Source of the DNA: Candidatus Thalassarchaeaceae archaeon
Lineage (GTDB): Archaea; Thermoplasmatota; Poseidoniia; Poseidoniales; Thalassarchaeaceae
Assembly: GCA_030748775.1 (NCBI GenBank)
Contig: JASMLH010000002.1
Location: 13,732 to 77,731 of the forward strand
Reading direction: 5' to 3'
Length of the DNA: 64,000 nucleotides
Below are positions 1 through 7,552 of this stretch, piece after piece. The notes beneath the pieces were generated by a model. That model was not told where the DNA came from and ran no database searches. It saw nothing but the letters and a program-made list of their open reading frames with translations. Numbering within the stretch: the stretch's first letter is position 1; each line of letters opens with the position of its first letter. Position numbers and translations under genes: made by a program.

Positions 1-235
1 TGCTGTGGTAAGAATCTCGGCTCATGCTCCAGTAGTCTTGGATGCGGAATCTAGTATCCAGCCAAGAGAACGCCCATAGGAATGCCTTCTCTGCCAATCC
101 CATACTTCCTGCGTTAGTTTCCACTGCCCTGAGGATGTCCTTTCTCGGAATGTCATCCCTCTCCCTCCGTAGTGTGAAGGCAACGATAACCACGACAATC
201 GCGATGAAAATCCAAAGGAACCAGAACTGAATCAT
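1..235 (-). CDS. Cytochrome b-like membrane subunit, N-terminal fragment (gene runs off window start)
   Basis: Not in the ORF track because it is open-ended. Reverse-strand ATG at 235..233 lies 9 nt after the Rieske stop and is preceded by GGTGA. Translation MIQFWFLWIFIAIVVVIVAF...AFSWLDTRFRIQDYW gives a TM helix, then a W-L-D-x-R motif like cytochrome b N-termini. The position just downstream of a Rieske gene fits. Confidence 0.45.
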   Translation of the reverse strand, partial: MIQFWFLWIFIAIVVVIVAFTLRRERDDIPRKDILRAVETNAGSMGLAEKAFLWAFSWLDTRFRIQDYWSMSRDSYHS

Positions 236-244
236 AATTTTCAC

Positions 245-1093
245 CTACCCACAGAATGTGTACCAATCCTTGAAATCTGGGAGAGCCTCGATGGTATCGC
301 CGTTTACAATGAAAGGAATCAGTGGCATACCATAGGGAGCGGGACCCCCAGTCCTTTTGATTCCAATGAAGTCGAAGTCTTGCCCATTTGATCTGTTCCG
401 AGCAGTGTTCTTCTCGATGACAGTGGGATCGTATCTACTGGAATGACAGATGCAGAAGAGCTTGTTTCCACCGGAGTCAGTTCCACCTGGAAGCCAATTG
501 TCTGCAGTGAAGTCATTGTTCACCAACTGCCATCCTGGTATACAACATAGATGGGGGCACCTGGAGAAAATGATGATCATGTTGTCGTGTATTGAAAGCG
601 AGGCAAACTCCTCTTTCTCGTCTATTTCAAAACCCGAACCCACGTATGCTCCGCTGGCCGTGTATCCATCCATTAGTTGGAATCTAGGCTCGTTCTCACT
701 CAGGGGCTTGTTCTTGTTCTCCTCGTGGGGCACGTAAACCGCGACAACAGGAAGTCCCGACCAAAGACCAGCAGCTGCGGACATTCCTGTTGAAGAACCA
801 GCTGCTTCATCTCGGAATGCCTGCATAGTCATCGGCTGCTTGTCCATATTTCCATACCATACGTCTGATCCCTTGGGGGCATAGAAGAGTATAGCTTGAT
901 CCGAACCGCCTGAACTAGCCTGTCCCATTAAAAATGAGGCAAATCCTACACTTCCTAGACTTGCCATTGTAATCAGGCCGGCTGCTGTATTGAACGACAT
1001 CCGCATGAACTCTCTACGATCAACGAATCCTGCTCCCTCTGTCGTGGAATCTTCATTCCCGTGCAAAGGTCGTAATCTGAATCTCCGCGCCAT
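245..1093 (-). CDS. Rieske 2Fe-2S protein with Tat-type signal anchor
   Basis: ORF 245..1129. Twin-arginine motif DRREFMRMS followed by a hydrophobic anchor. Rieske boxes CPHLCC and CICHSS. Start placed at ATG 1093 (GAGGT 5 nt upstream, 1 nt after the upstream stop). ATG 1129 and 1105 are alternatives. Confidence 0.85.
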   Translation of the reverse strand: MARRFRLRPLHGNEDSTTEGAGFVDRREFMRMSFNTAAGLITMASLGSVGFASFLMGQASSGGSDQAILFYAPKGSDVWYGNMDKQPMTMQAFRDEAAGSSTGMSAAAGLWSGLPVVAVYVPHEENKNKPLSENEPRFQLMDGYTASGAYVGSGFEIDEKEEFASLSIHDNMIIIFSRCPHLCCIPGWQLVNNDFTADNWLPGGTDSGGNKLFCICHSSRYDPTVIEKNTARNRSNGQDFDFIGIKRTGGPAPYGMPLIPFIVNGDTIEALPDFKDWYTFCG

Positions 1094-1094
1094 A

Positions 1095-1544
1095 TCAAAC
1101 CTCATATTTCTTCCATGCTTCTGGATCATTCCTCGTGATGTACTTGTTTCGCCTATGCTTTACTATAATTACATCCGGTAAGACATACTTCAGGTAAACA
1201 ATACCCATGATAATTAGAGTCAGAAGAGTCATTGCCAGATTGAATGATAGTAGTTGTTGATCCCAGTGTTTGAATAGTCCATATGAAAGAGAGCCAGCCC
1301 AGAAAAGAGTCCACAGAATTCCCCATAGTCCAACTAACACGATAAGCCATGAGTCGCCCGCCGGAGAAACGCTAGCCCTAACAATGGTTCCAGGTTTTGG
1401 TGAATTGAATACGCCATGATCAACAGCGACCGAGTACGCCTCTTCTGATATCGTGACATCTTCGAGTGCCTTTCGCGCGTCTTCCACACTTACTTCTCCA
1501 GATTCGACTTGTCTGAGTAGGCGCATTACTACGTCGTCCTTCAT
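1095..1544 (-). CDS. Hypothetical small membrane protein (soluble helical N-terminus plus 2 predicted TM helices)
   Basis: 149-aa ORF. Its start overlaps the upstream gene stop by 4 nt and it abuts the Rieske start, so it is probably co-transcribed. Hydrophobic stretches WLIVLVGLWGILWTLFWAG and LAMTLLTLIIMGIVYL. No motif recognised. Confidence 0.55.
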   Translation of the reverse strand: MKDDVVMRLLRQVESGEVSVEDARKALEDVTISEEAYSVAVDHGVFNSPKPGTIVRASVSPAGDSWLIVLVGLWGILWTLFWAGSLSYGLFKHWDQQLLSFNLAMTLLTLIIMGIVYLKYVLPDVIIVKHRRNKYITRNDPEAWKKYEV

Positions 1545-2365
1545 AGTTGATCACCCCTCCTAAGATGTTTTATCCTCAGTTTCAGTAGATTACTGCGGCC
1601 AACATAATGTCTAGAGAATCCATACCTCAGAAATAATCCACAGAAGAGGATCACAAGCATTACTGCTGCGAATCCTAACAACCCTAACCAGTGAGCAAGG
1701 AGCTTAGCACCCATGTGATGAAGATCTGTATGCTCTTCCACAGGGGCTGGAGGGTTAATTTCACCGTTGCCGGAGAAAATCGTTCTGACCTTGCCGTTAT
1801 CCTCTCCTTCGTCTACACTTGCAGTAAGCCTATTCCACCTGTCTAGGTTTGATGGGGCCATATCGCCATTGACAACGTTCCCAGCAATCCAGAGGGTCAT
1901 TGAACCCGATGAATCTTCCGGAGCGGTCCAAACAATACCCCATTTCCTGTCAGTCGTGCTGGATCCAGCATCGGTGTGCGTGAGTGTGGCTGGGTCGTCC
2001 TCCCAGTTTTGAACCAGACTTTCAAAACCTGCTCCTGGGGAAAGTACACCGGAACTGACTCTCATTGAGAATCCACCTGTGTATGAATCAGTTGATGCCT
2101 CGGGTCCACCAATCAATTGGATTATCAATTCATATTGTACCCCAGCCTCGTATTGGTAGGGAAAGCCATCTAGGATGACTGTGACTGAGTTATCCGGACT
2201 TTCTGAGTGGCATGTGCATCCTGCTAGAGATACATCACCGTGGTTATTGGCATCACCACCAACTCCAGTGTGTAGAGCTTGGCTCGAACCAGCAAATATT
2301 GCAATTACAACCAACGTTGTCAGGTACTTTCGATGGGAAATCATTGCCTGTTTCTCACCTTCCAC
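1541..2365 (-). CDS. Exported beta-rich protein with C-terminal His-rich TM anchor, first gene of the Rieske/cyt b operon
   Basis: 274-aa ORF. N-terminal signal/anchor (LTTLVVIAIFAGSS; ATG 2344 is an alternative start). C-terminal TM segment HHMGAKLLAHWLGLLGFAAVMLVILF. Contains CTCH (2207..2218), which is not a canonical CxxCH site. Function unknown. Confidence 0.6.
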   Translation of the reverse strand: MEGEKQAMISHRKYLTTLVVIAIFAGSSQALHTGVGGDANNHGDVSLAGCTCHSESPDNSVTVILDGFPYQYEAGVQYELIIQLIGGPEASTDSYTGGFSMRVSSGVLSPGAGFESLVQNWEDDPATLTHTDAGSSTTDRKWGIVWTAPEDSSGSMTLWIAGNVVNGDMAPSNLDRWNRLTASVDEGEDNGKVRTIFSGNGEINPPAPVEEHTDLHHMGAKLLAHWLGLLGFAAVMLVILFCGLFLRYGFSRHYVGRSNLLKLRIKHLRRGDQL

Positions 2366-2412
2366 ATCAAAGTATATTGAGCCACAGAAAAGGGGGATAT
2401 TAACGTTCCACC

Positions 2413-2431
2413 TCGGCCCCTACGGGGCCGA
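2413..2431. other. GC-rich hairpin (8-bp stem, 3-nt loop) in a divergent intergenic region
   Basis: TCGGCCCC-TAC-GGGGCCGA is perfectly self-complementary. It lies between the divergent starts at 2365 (-) and 2487 (+). Confidence 0.3.
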
Positions 2432-2486
2432 CGATTAGCAACAAACTCGGAACAACACTCAAACACTGGCGCACTAGTCCAGTAAC

Positions 2487-2792
2487 ATGGCAGGTCCCCA
2501 ATGGAAGAATGAGTACAACCTGTCCGAAGAGCAAGTTGAAAAAATTGATTTTGCAGAGCAATTGATGGAAATGATGCAATTATCTGAAGCAGAGAAGACA
2601 CTAAATGAAATGCTGGAGGATAACCCCGAGTGCGTCCCAGTTTTGAATATCCTGGGCCACCTCAATGGAAGATATATTTCTGATTTTGAATCAGCAATTG
2701 AGTATTATGAAAAAGTGATTTCCTTGGAGCCGGACAATGCCTGGGCCCGAGATGAAAGAAGGCGATACAAAAGATATCTTACCTATGATTAG
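2487..2792 (+). CDS. Small TPR-like helical protein
   Basis: 101-aa ORF. LNILGHLNGRYISDFESAIEYYEKVISLEPDNAWA resembles a TPR repeat. Sits 35 nt upstream of the FtsZ-like gene. Confidence 0.5.
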   Translation: MAGPQWKNEYNLSEEQVEKIDFAEQLMEMMQLSEAEKTLNEMLEDNPECVPVLNILGHLNGRYISDFESAIEYYEKVISLEPDNAWARDERRRYKRYLTYD

Positions 2793-2827
2793 AACAAGAT
2801 AATCTAGTCATTTACTAGTCGGGAGTC

Positions 2828-3733
2828 ATGGAAGAAGGGGCCATTGTCATCGCAGGAGTCGGGGGAATAGGTTGCACATGGTCCCAAAGAGCCCACTCAC
2901 TTTGCCAAGACCTTTCTGACTTGTTATTGGTCGATGCGGACGAATCTTCATTTTCTTCAGATTATGAAGCAAATTGTCTGCATCTCGATGCAGCCGGTGA
3001 TGCAAGGGGAGCAGCCGCCCTCCCTAATCTTGCAGAGCATAGGCTGAAAGAAGGAATGAGTAACATAAAACACCTCCTTGATAGATCAGAATTGGTCATA
3101 ATCCTCTCTGCCTTGGGTGGCGGAACTGGTTCGGGTGCCACCTCTGAGATTGCTGCAAGAGCCCGAGAATCTGGCAGTCTGGTATTGAGCATCGTCGGTT
3201 TGCCCTTTGCTGAACAACCTCTAAGGTGCGCAATTGCTGACCTGTCCCTGCCCGAAATCGAGCGAAACTCACACCTTTGTATTAGGGTTAGCCTTGAGAG
3301 GTTAGCATGGCAGGCGAGATATAGAGACTCAGACTGGAAGATGGGGTCGGAGTGGATCGGCGAACTTATCGAGGGACTGGTTACTACATTGGCCCGTGTG
3401 GGGAAGATAAACCTTGATCTGATGGATTTGAGAACAGTCATTGATAGACCTGGAAATGCCACTCTATTGGTTGGTACTGGTTCGACGGAGGACCCATCAG
3501 CAGTTGTTCGAATGGCCCGCCAGTCACCACTGTCGGAGATAGTTGTCGATGGAGCAAAAGGTTGCTTGATTCAGGTGGAGGGCGGTCCAGACATGACTTT
3601 GGCCCATCTTGATGCAGTTTCAGAAGGATTCGTCTCTTCGCTTGACAGTGATTGCCAGGTAATTCTTGGAGCCAGGTCAAGTGACGAAATGGCAGGAAAC
3701 CTAAGACTGGTAGCCGTAGTTAGTGGCATCTAG
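2828..3733 (+). CDS. Divergent FtsZ/tubulin-superfamily GTPase (short, 301 aa)
   Basis: Tubulin signature GGGTGSG. N-terminal IAGVGGIGC (FtsZ G-box-like). PFAEQ matches FtsZ PFxFEG. T7-like INLDLMDLRTV. C-terminal domain pattern GAKGCLIQVEGGPDMTL...LVAVVSGI. Otherwise strongly diverged. Confidence 0.7.
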   Translation: MEEGAIVIAGVGGIGCTWSQRAHSLCQDLSDLLLVDADESSFSSDYEANCLHLDAAGDARGAAALPNLAEHRLKEGMSNIKHLLDRSELVIILSALGGGTGSGATSEIAARARESGSLVLSIVGLPFAEQPLRCAIADLSLPEIERNSHLCIRVSLERLAWQARYRDSDWKMGSEWIGELIEGLVTTLARVGKINLDLMDLRTVIDRPGNATLLVGTGSTEDPSAVVRMARQSPLSEIVVDGAKGCLIQVEGGPDMTLAHLDAVSEGFVSSLDSDCQVILGARSSDEMAGNLRLVAVVSGI

Positions 3734-4989
3734 TCGATAAGCTCAATCACATCTTCATCGGGTTTTGATTCGATATCGGAACTTACTTCGATATCATGTG
3801 GGATAATTTCTGAGATACTGGCCCTCTCCATAATTCCATTGCCTTCGTCCGAACCAAAGCCTTCCACATCCATAGTTCCATTTCCACTTATCCGTAACAC
3901 TGCAATCGGGGTGATTCCAACAATGACTAATGCAGTCAGCATGTGACCGATTGCAGTGGTGGTCAATAGGCTACCATTCGAAAGAGCCGACAGAGATGAA
4001 ATACTTCCAGCGTAAAGATACCCGAAACCAATCCCCCAGAACACTGCCGACTGTCCCTGGAATATCTTTACTCCTTTCTTGCTGCTTCTGTTTGCCATAG
4101 ACCAGACGGCCAATAGGATTGTAACTGCCATCAGCAGTCCTTCTTCAACTAACATTGATGCCGAAACTTTATCCGAAAATAGAGGCATCCTTCTCCATGC
4201 ACTGAATACGTGCCAACATGCAGTCAGTGCAAGAAGAAATACGACCCGATCGACAACGATTCCGTCGATTCCCGTCGTTTTCCTGGATGAAGAAGTAACC
4301 CTGTCCAATATGGCCATAATAGAACCTATCAGAATCAGAAACAGGGCCCAGGCAAGATGTTCAATTGTACTGCTATTTCCGTAATCCCCTGCATCGTAGG
4401 CAAACCACCAAATTAGTGGACCGAACAAGACAAGGATGCCAACAGTTCTAACTGCTGTATATCCGAATCCAATTCTGCTAGCCCTAATCTTCTTTGAAAC
4501 TCTAGTTCCATAGACCGCCCATCCGAAAGACAATGAAAATGCTTGGAATATCGACATTAAAACGAATACCAATCCTAATCCAATTGTAATTTTTTCGAGG
4601 CCTTCTTCTACCCGAGAAATTGTCACAAATGAGGCTATTGCAGAAATGCATACAATTGGAACCAAAGTGACAGCACCCTTCTTCCAATACGATTTTCCAA
4701 TTATCCCCCTGCTTTCGTCATCGACTCTTAGTAGGATGCTACCAATCTTTGATGGGGCGAAAATCGCAGCAATGCAATATGTTATGGACAGAGACAAGAA
4801 AATTACGGCACCCTTTTCTTGGGTTCCAAATACGTTCACTTTCATCATTACGTATAGCACTCCCGTGATGATCATCATTGCAAGGAAATGCGGCAGAGTT
4901 GAAGGGCTGGCGAATGACTTTAGAAGTCCTGAAACAGACTGATCGCTGCCTCCATTTCCCCCTTCCATGCCTCCTGGGGGACCCACCAT
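3730..4989 (-). CDS. Hypothetical polytopic membrane protein
   Basis: 419-aa ORF with roughly 10 hydrophobic segments and an acidic C-terminal tail (DIEVSSDIESKPDEDVIELID). No motif recognised. Confidence 0.55.
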   Translation of the reverse strand: MVGPPGGMEGGNGGSDQSVSGLLKSFASPSTLPHFLAMMIITGVLYVMMKVNVFGTQEKGAVIFLSLSITYCIAAIFAPSKIGSILLRVDDESRGIIGKSYWKKGAVTLVPIVCISAIASFVTISRVEEGLEKITIGLGLVFVLMSIFQAFSLSFGWAVYGTRVSKKIRASRIGFGYTAVRTVGILVLFGPLIWWFAYDAGDYGNSSTIEHLAWALFLILIGSIMAILDRVTSSSRKTTGIDGIVVDRVVFLLALTACWHVFSAWRRMPLFSDKVSASMLVEEGLLMAVTILLAVWSMANRSSKKGVKIFQGQSAVFWGIGFGYLYAGSISSLSALSNGSLLTTTAIGHMLTALVIVGITPIAVLRISGNGTMDVEGFGSDEGNGIMERASISEIIPHDIEVSSDIESKPDEDVIELID

Positions 4990-5017
4990 TGGTTAAGGTA
5001 AACCCCTTCCCGGTGCC

Positions 5018-5320
5018 ATGGCACGACTGAACAAGTCAGCTCGAGGAAAGCACAGGTGGGTATGCATAGAGTCATCATTGCCTTGCTCAATAAAAGATGT
5101 GCAGGAAGAACTCGCCAACCTATTCTCCGATATAGAATGGAAAATTCTTGATTTCCATATCGGGCCCGATTCAGCAACAATGATCGTCAAAGTTCCTCTT
5201 GAAAAGTATCATATTGCCCTGAAAAAAATTAATGATATCGATGGCAAATCAACAGTCACAAGTTCAGGAAAACTAAGACTTGTTCGCCATAGGATTTCTG
5301 AAAAACAGAAATTAGAGTAG
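5018..5320 (+). CDS. RNase P protein component 2 (Pop5/Rpp14-like), tentative
   Basis: 100-aa ORF. N-terminal RGKHRWVCIE resembles the Pop5 R-x-K-x-R-Y-hydrophobic start. C-terminal TSSGKLRLVR resembles the Pop5 SGT(I/L)K segment. Size is compatible. Confidence 0.45.
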   Translation: MARLNKSARGKHRWVCIESSLPCSIKDVQEELANLFSDIEWKILDFHIGPDSATMIVKVPLEKYHIALKKINDIDGKSTVTSSGKLRLVRHRISEKQKLE

Positions 5321-6676
5321 CCAATTTGTTCCATCCAATTCACAAATTTGCGACAATCCGTCTACACCAAATATCTCCATTCCTCCATCCTTGGATAGCC
5401 CAACTGGCCTAAACGGAATTCCATCGACTTCCACAACCCCTCCTTCTGAAAGAACCCTGGACAGACCCCTCCACGAAAGTTCTCGAAACTCTTCAATAGT
5501 TGGTAACTCAAACCACCCATTGTCCTCCAATAGCGATGAAACTTCTGTATCAAGAATTCTGAAAACATCCATTGCCCCAATTTCGCCCAATGTTTCATCC
5601 CATCCCCCTCCTGATATCCCTCCTTCTTCGAACCGTGACCTGTTAGCCCCAAAACCAATCCTAATATCATCTGAATCACTAGACTCGACTATAACCCCCC
5701 CAATCTTGCTTTTTTCTTTGCAAATTATGTCATTGGGCCACTTCATATCTGCTTCAAGAGCTTCACTGAGGACTGAGCCGATACTTGTTTGTAGAAGTCC
5801 GGGGGGGATAGTTTTGAAAATCTCAACATCTAACTTCCAAGTACTCGCCAAACCATCTTTCTTTGACTGCCATGTGGAACCTCTTCTTCCCCTGCCATTC
5901 CTTTGAGCAAATGAGAAAACCCTCTGCCACCCTGAAGCTTCGAGCTTCTTTGCCTCGTCCATCGTGGAATCGCATATATCCAGAATCGTCGGTTTTTTCC
6001 CTTGTCCAGTCTTCCAAAAACCAATTACTTCAAGCCTTTCATTTCCGATTCTTTCGCATGCAACCGAACGAGCAGACCACCCCAAATCTTTCCATACTCC
6101 AGGATCACTTTCACTGATCGGGTCGGTTCTCATGAGAATCAATACCAACAACTTTTCCTGTCTTTTTTCAGAGTTTATTTCTAGGCTTCTGAGAAGCTCC
6201 GCCCCCCATCCCCCATTTCCAATGTCGTAAAGTGCCGCTGCTTCCATCTCCTGGATTTCTTCCCCTCGTTCCATCTTTAGATAGGGAATATTCCATACGA
6301 TTAGCTCCACATCACTAGGTATTTCCATCCCCTCTCCAATCCCCGACTCATGGACATCCACTAACGAAGAAAGGCCATGATTGTCCACATTCCCCCTCGT
6401 TGCTGATACTGCATATGGATTCACGTCACAACATATCACATTCCAACCAAGGCTGGCAAGCTGCATCGTCACTGCTCCCGAACCACAACCAATCTCCAAT
6501 GCCTTTCCATTTCTCTTCTTTAGTTTTGAAATCGCATCACATAGCAGCAATGTGTCCTCTCTGGGGGGGTAGACCGTTTCAGGAACCACTAGGTCACATT
6601 CGCCGATCCCGATTATTGGGAATTTGCAAATCTTACTTGGGTCCCCAATTTGGTAAGAATCCACATAATCACCCAT
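5312..6676 (-). CDS. Fusion protein: N-terminal Mtq2/HemK-like SAM methyltransferase plus C-terminal biotin-protein ligase (BirA catalytic domain)
   Basis: N-terminal half: VYPPREDTLLL, SAM motif LEIGCGSGAV, and WNIPY in place of NPPY. C-terminal half: BPL motifs GRGRRGSTWQS and KWPNDI...KIGGVIVE. Confidence 0.75.
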   Translation of the reverse strand: MGDYVDSYQIGDPSKICKFPIIGIGECDLVVPETVYPPREDTLLLCDAISKLKKRNGKALEIGCGSGAVTMQLASLGWNVICCDVNPYAVSATRGNVDNHGLSSLVDVHESGIGEGMEIPSDVELIVWNIPYLKMERGEEIQEMEAAALYDIGNGGWGAELLRSLEINSEKRQEKLLVLILMRTDPISESDPGVWKDLGWSARSVACERIGNERLEVIGFWKTGQGKKPTILDICDSTMDEAKKLEASGWQRVFSFAQRNGRGRRGSTWQSKKDGLASTWKLDVEIFKTIPPGLLQTSIGSVLSEALEADMKWPNDIICKEKSKIGGVIVESSDSDDIRIGFGANRSRFEEGGISGGGWDETLGEIGAMDVFRILDTEVSSLLEDNGWFELPTIEEFRELSWRGLSRVLSEGGVVEVDGIPFRPVGLSKDGGMEIFGVDGLSQICELDGTNWLL

Positions 6677-6742
6677 ATTCCATGATTCCTATTTGAACCG
6701 GTTGAAAACCTTTATCCGAATAATCTCTGAAGGCCCTATGGA

Positions 6743-6959
6743 CGCCTCTCCCGGGGCGATGCGATAGCCCAGCGCAAGCAGGCGAATCGCAATGTTTTTG
6801 AAGACCCCCCAGGTCGGAGGATAGCCCAGCATTAGCCATGGGCCTGTAGCTTAGTCAGGTAGAGCGCCGGGCTTTTAACCCGGTGGCCGGGGGTTCGAAT
6901 CCCCTCAGGCCCGCCTGCTTGCTTCTCAGGCCCTCGCTTTTCTGGACCCCCGGGAGGCG
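6743..6959 (+). promoter_or_regulatory. Nested long-range inverted repeats bracketing tRNA-Lys (possible processing or regulatory helix)
   Basis: 6774..6784 GCAAGCAGGCG is the exact reverse complement of 6912..6922. 6748..6756 CTCCCGGGG is the exact reverse complement of 6948..6956, extended by 6743..6745 pairing with 6957..6959 across a 2-nt bulge. An 11-nt direct repeat GATAGCCCAGC occurs at 6763..6773 and 6820..6830. Confidence 0.5.
6840..6913 (+). tRNA. tRNA-Lys (anticodon UUU)
   Basis: 74-nt cloverleaf folded by hand. Acceptor GGGCCUG/CAGGCCC. Anticodon stem CCGGG/CCCGG with loop CUUUUAA. T-arm GGGGG-UUCGAAU-CCCCU. CCA is not encoded. Confidence 0.9.
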
Positions 6960-6964
6960 AAATT

Positions 6965-7552
6965 ATGGCCGTAAAAAGCTCCACAAAGAAGAGACTTATT
7001 GAACTAGGAATCGCAGAAGAGCATGCTCACAGATTGGCTGACGACGCCAACCTAGATGCAATCAAGAGGATGTCAAGGGAACAGGTAGCCAAGAAGGTTG
7101 GAATCGAGGACGGTGATTCAGCCCTCGATCAAATAATGGGAGTAATCAGCGAACATGTAGGTTCTCGTAAGAGGACTAAGAGCAACCGAATTACTATCTC
7201 GCGCAAGGCCCTTCTCGATGAAGATATTCCCAGGGGCGATTTCAGGTTCAATGTACTCAATCATTTCCTTGTCCCTCATCACGAACTCGTTCCAATAGAA
7301 TCAGAGGAAACTGAGTTAGCGCCTTGGGGGCTAAAGACATCCGATGTCCACGGGAACAACCGGCTGGCGAAGGAGCTTCTCCCCAAAATATTGATCACCG
7401 ATCCAGCAATTCAGGCCATAAAGGAAATGGAGGAGTTGGAAAACGACGAACTTCCAGCAGGTTGGTTAACGAATCGAATCGTTAGGATACAGAGGTATAG
7501 CAGATCGGCCGGAAGTTCGGTTGCATTTCGCTTGATTGTTGAGAGTGCATGA
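6965..7552 (+). CDS. rpoH: RNA polymerase subunit H (Rpo5) with a roughly 100-aa N-terminal extension
   Basis: The C-terminal 85 aa match the RpoH pattern (HFLVPHHELVP...LPKILITDPAIQAIK...RIQRYSRSAGSSVAFRLIV). The N-terminus carries an HhH-like module (KKRLIELGIAEEHAHRLADD). Stop overlaps the rpoB start by 4 nt. Confidence 0.9.
   Translation: MAVKSSTKKRLIELGIAEEHAHRLADDANLDAIKRMSREQVAKKVGIEDGDSALDQIMGVISEHVGSRKRTKSNRITISRKALLDEDIPRGDFRFNVLNHFLVPHHELVPIESEETELAPWGLKTSDVHGNNRLAKELLPKILITDPAIQAIKEMEELENDELPAGWLTNRIVRIQRYSRSAGSSVAFRLIVESA

Noticed and set aside
42-230. 62-aa plus-strand ORF at the window start.
   Set aside because: The opposite strand gives a TM helix plus a cytochrome-b-like WLDxR motif, placed immediately downstream of the Rieske gene with a GGTGA ribosome-binding site.
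2207-2218. Considered whether CTCH in the 274-aa exported protein is a c-type haem-binding site.
   Set aside because: The motif is CxCH, with one residue between the cysteines, not CxxCH or a known variant. Covalent haem attachment cannot be claimed from this.
6904-6933. 9-nt direct repeat CTCAGGCCC (tRNA-Lys 3' end at 6904..6912, repeated at 6925..6933), considered as an att-site remnant of an integrated element.
   Set aside because: It is too short to be significant. No integrase or foreign-looking genes are adjacent, and the downstream gene is the RNA polymerase operon.
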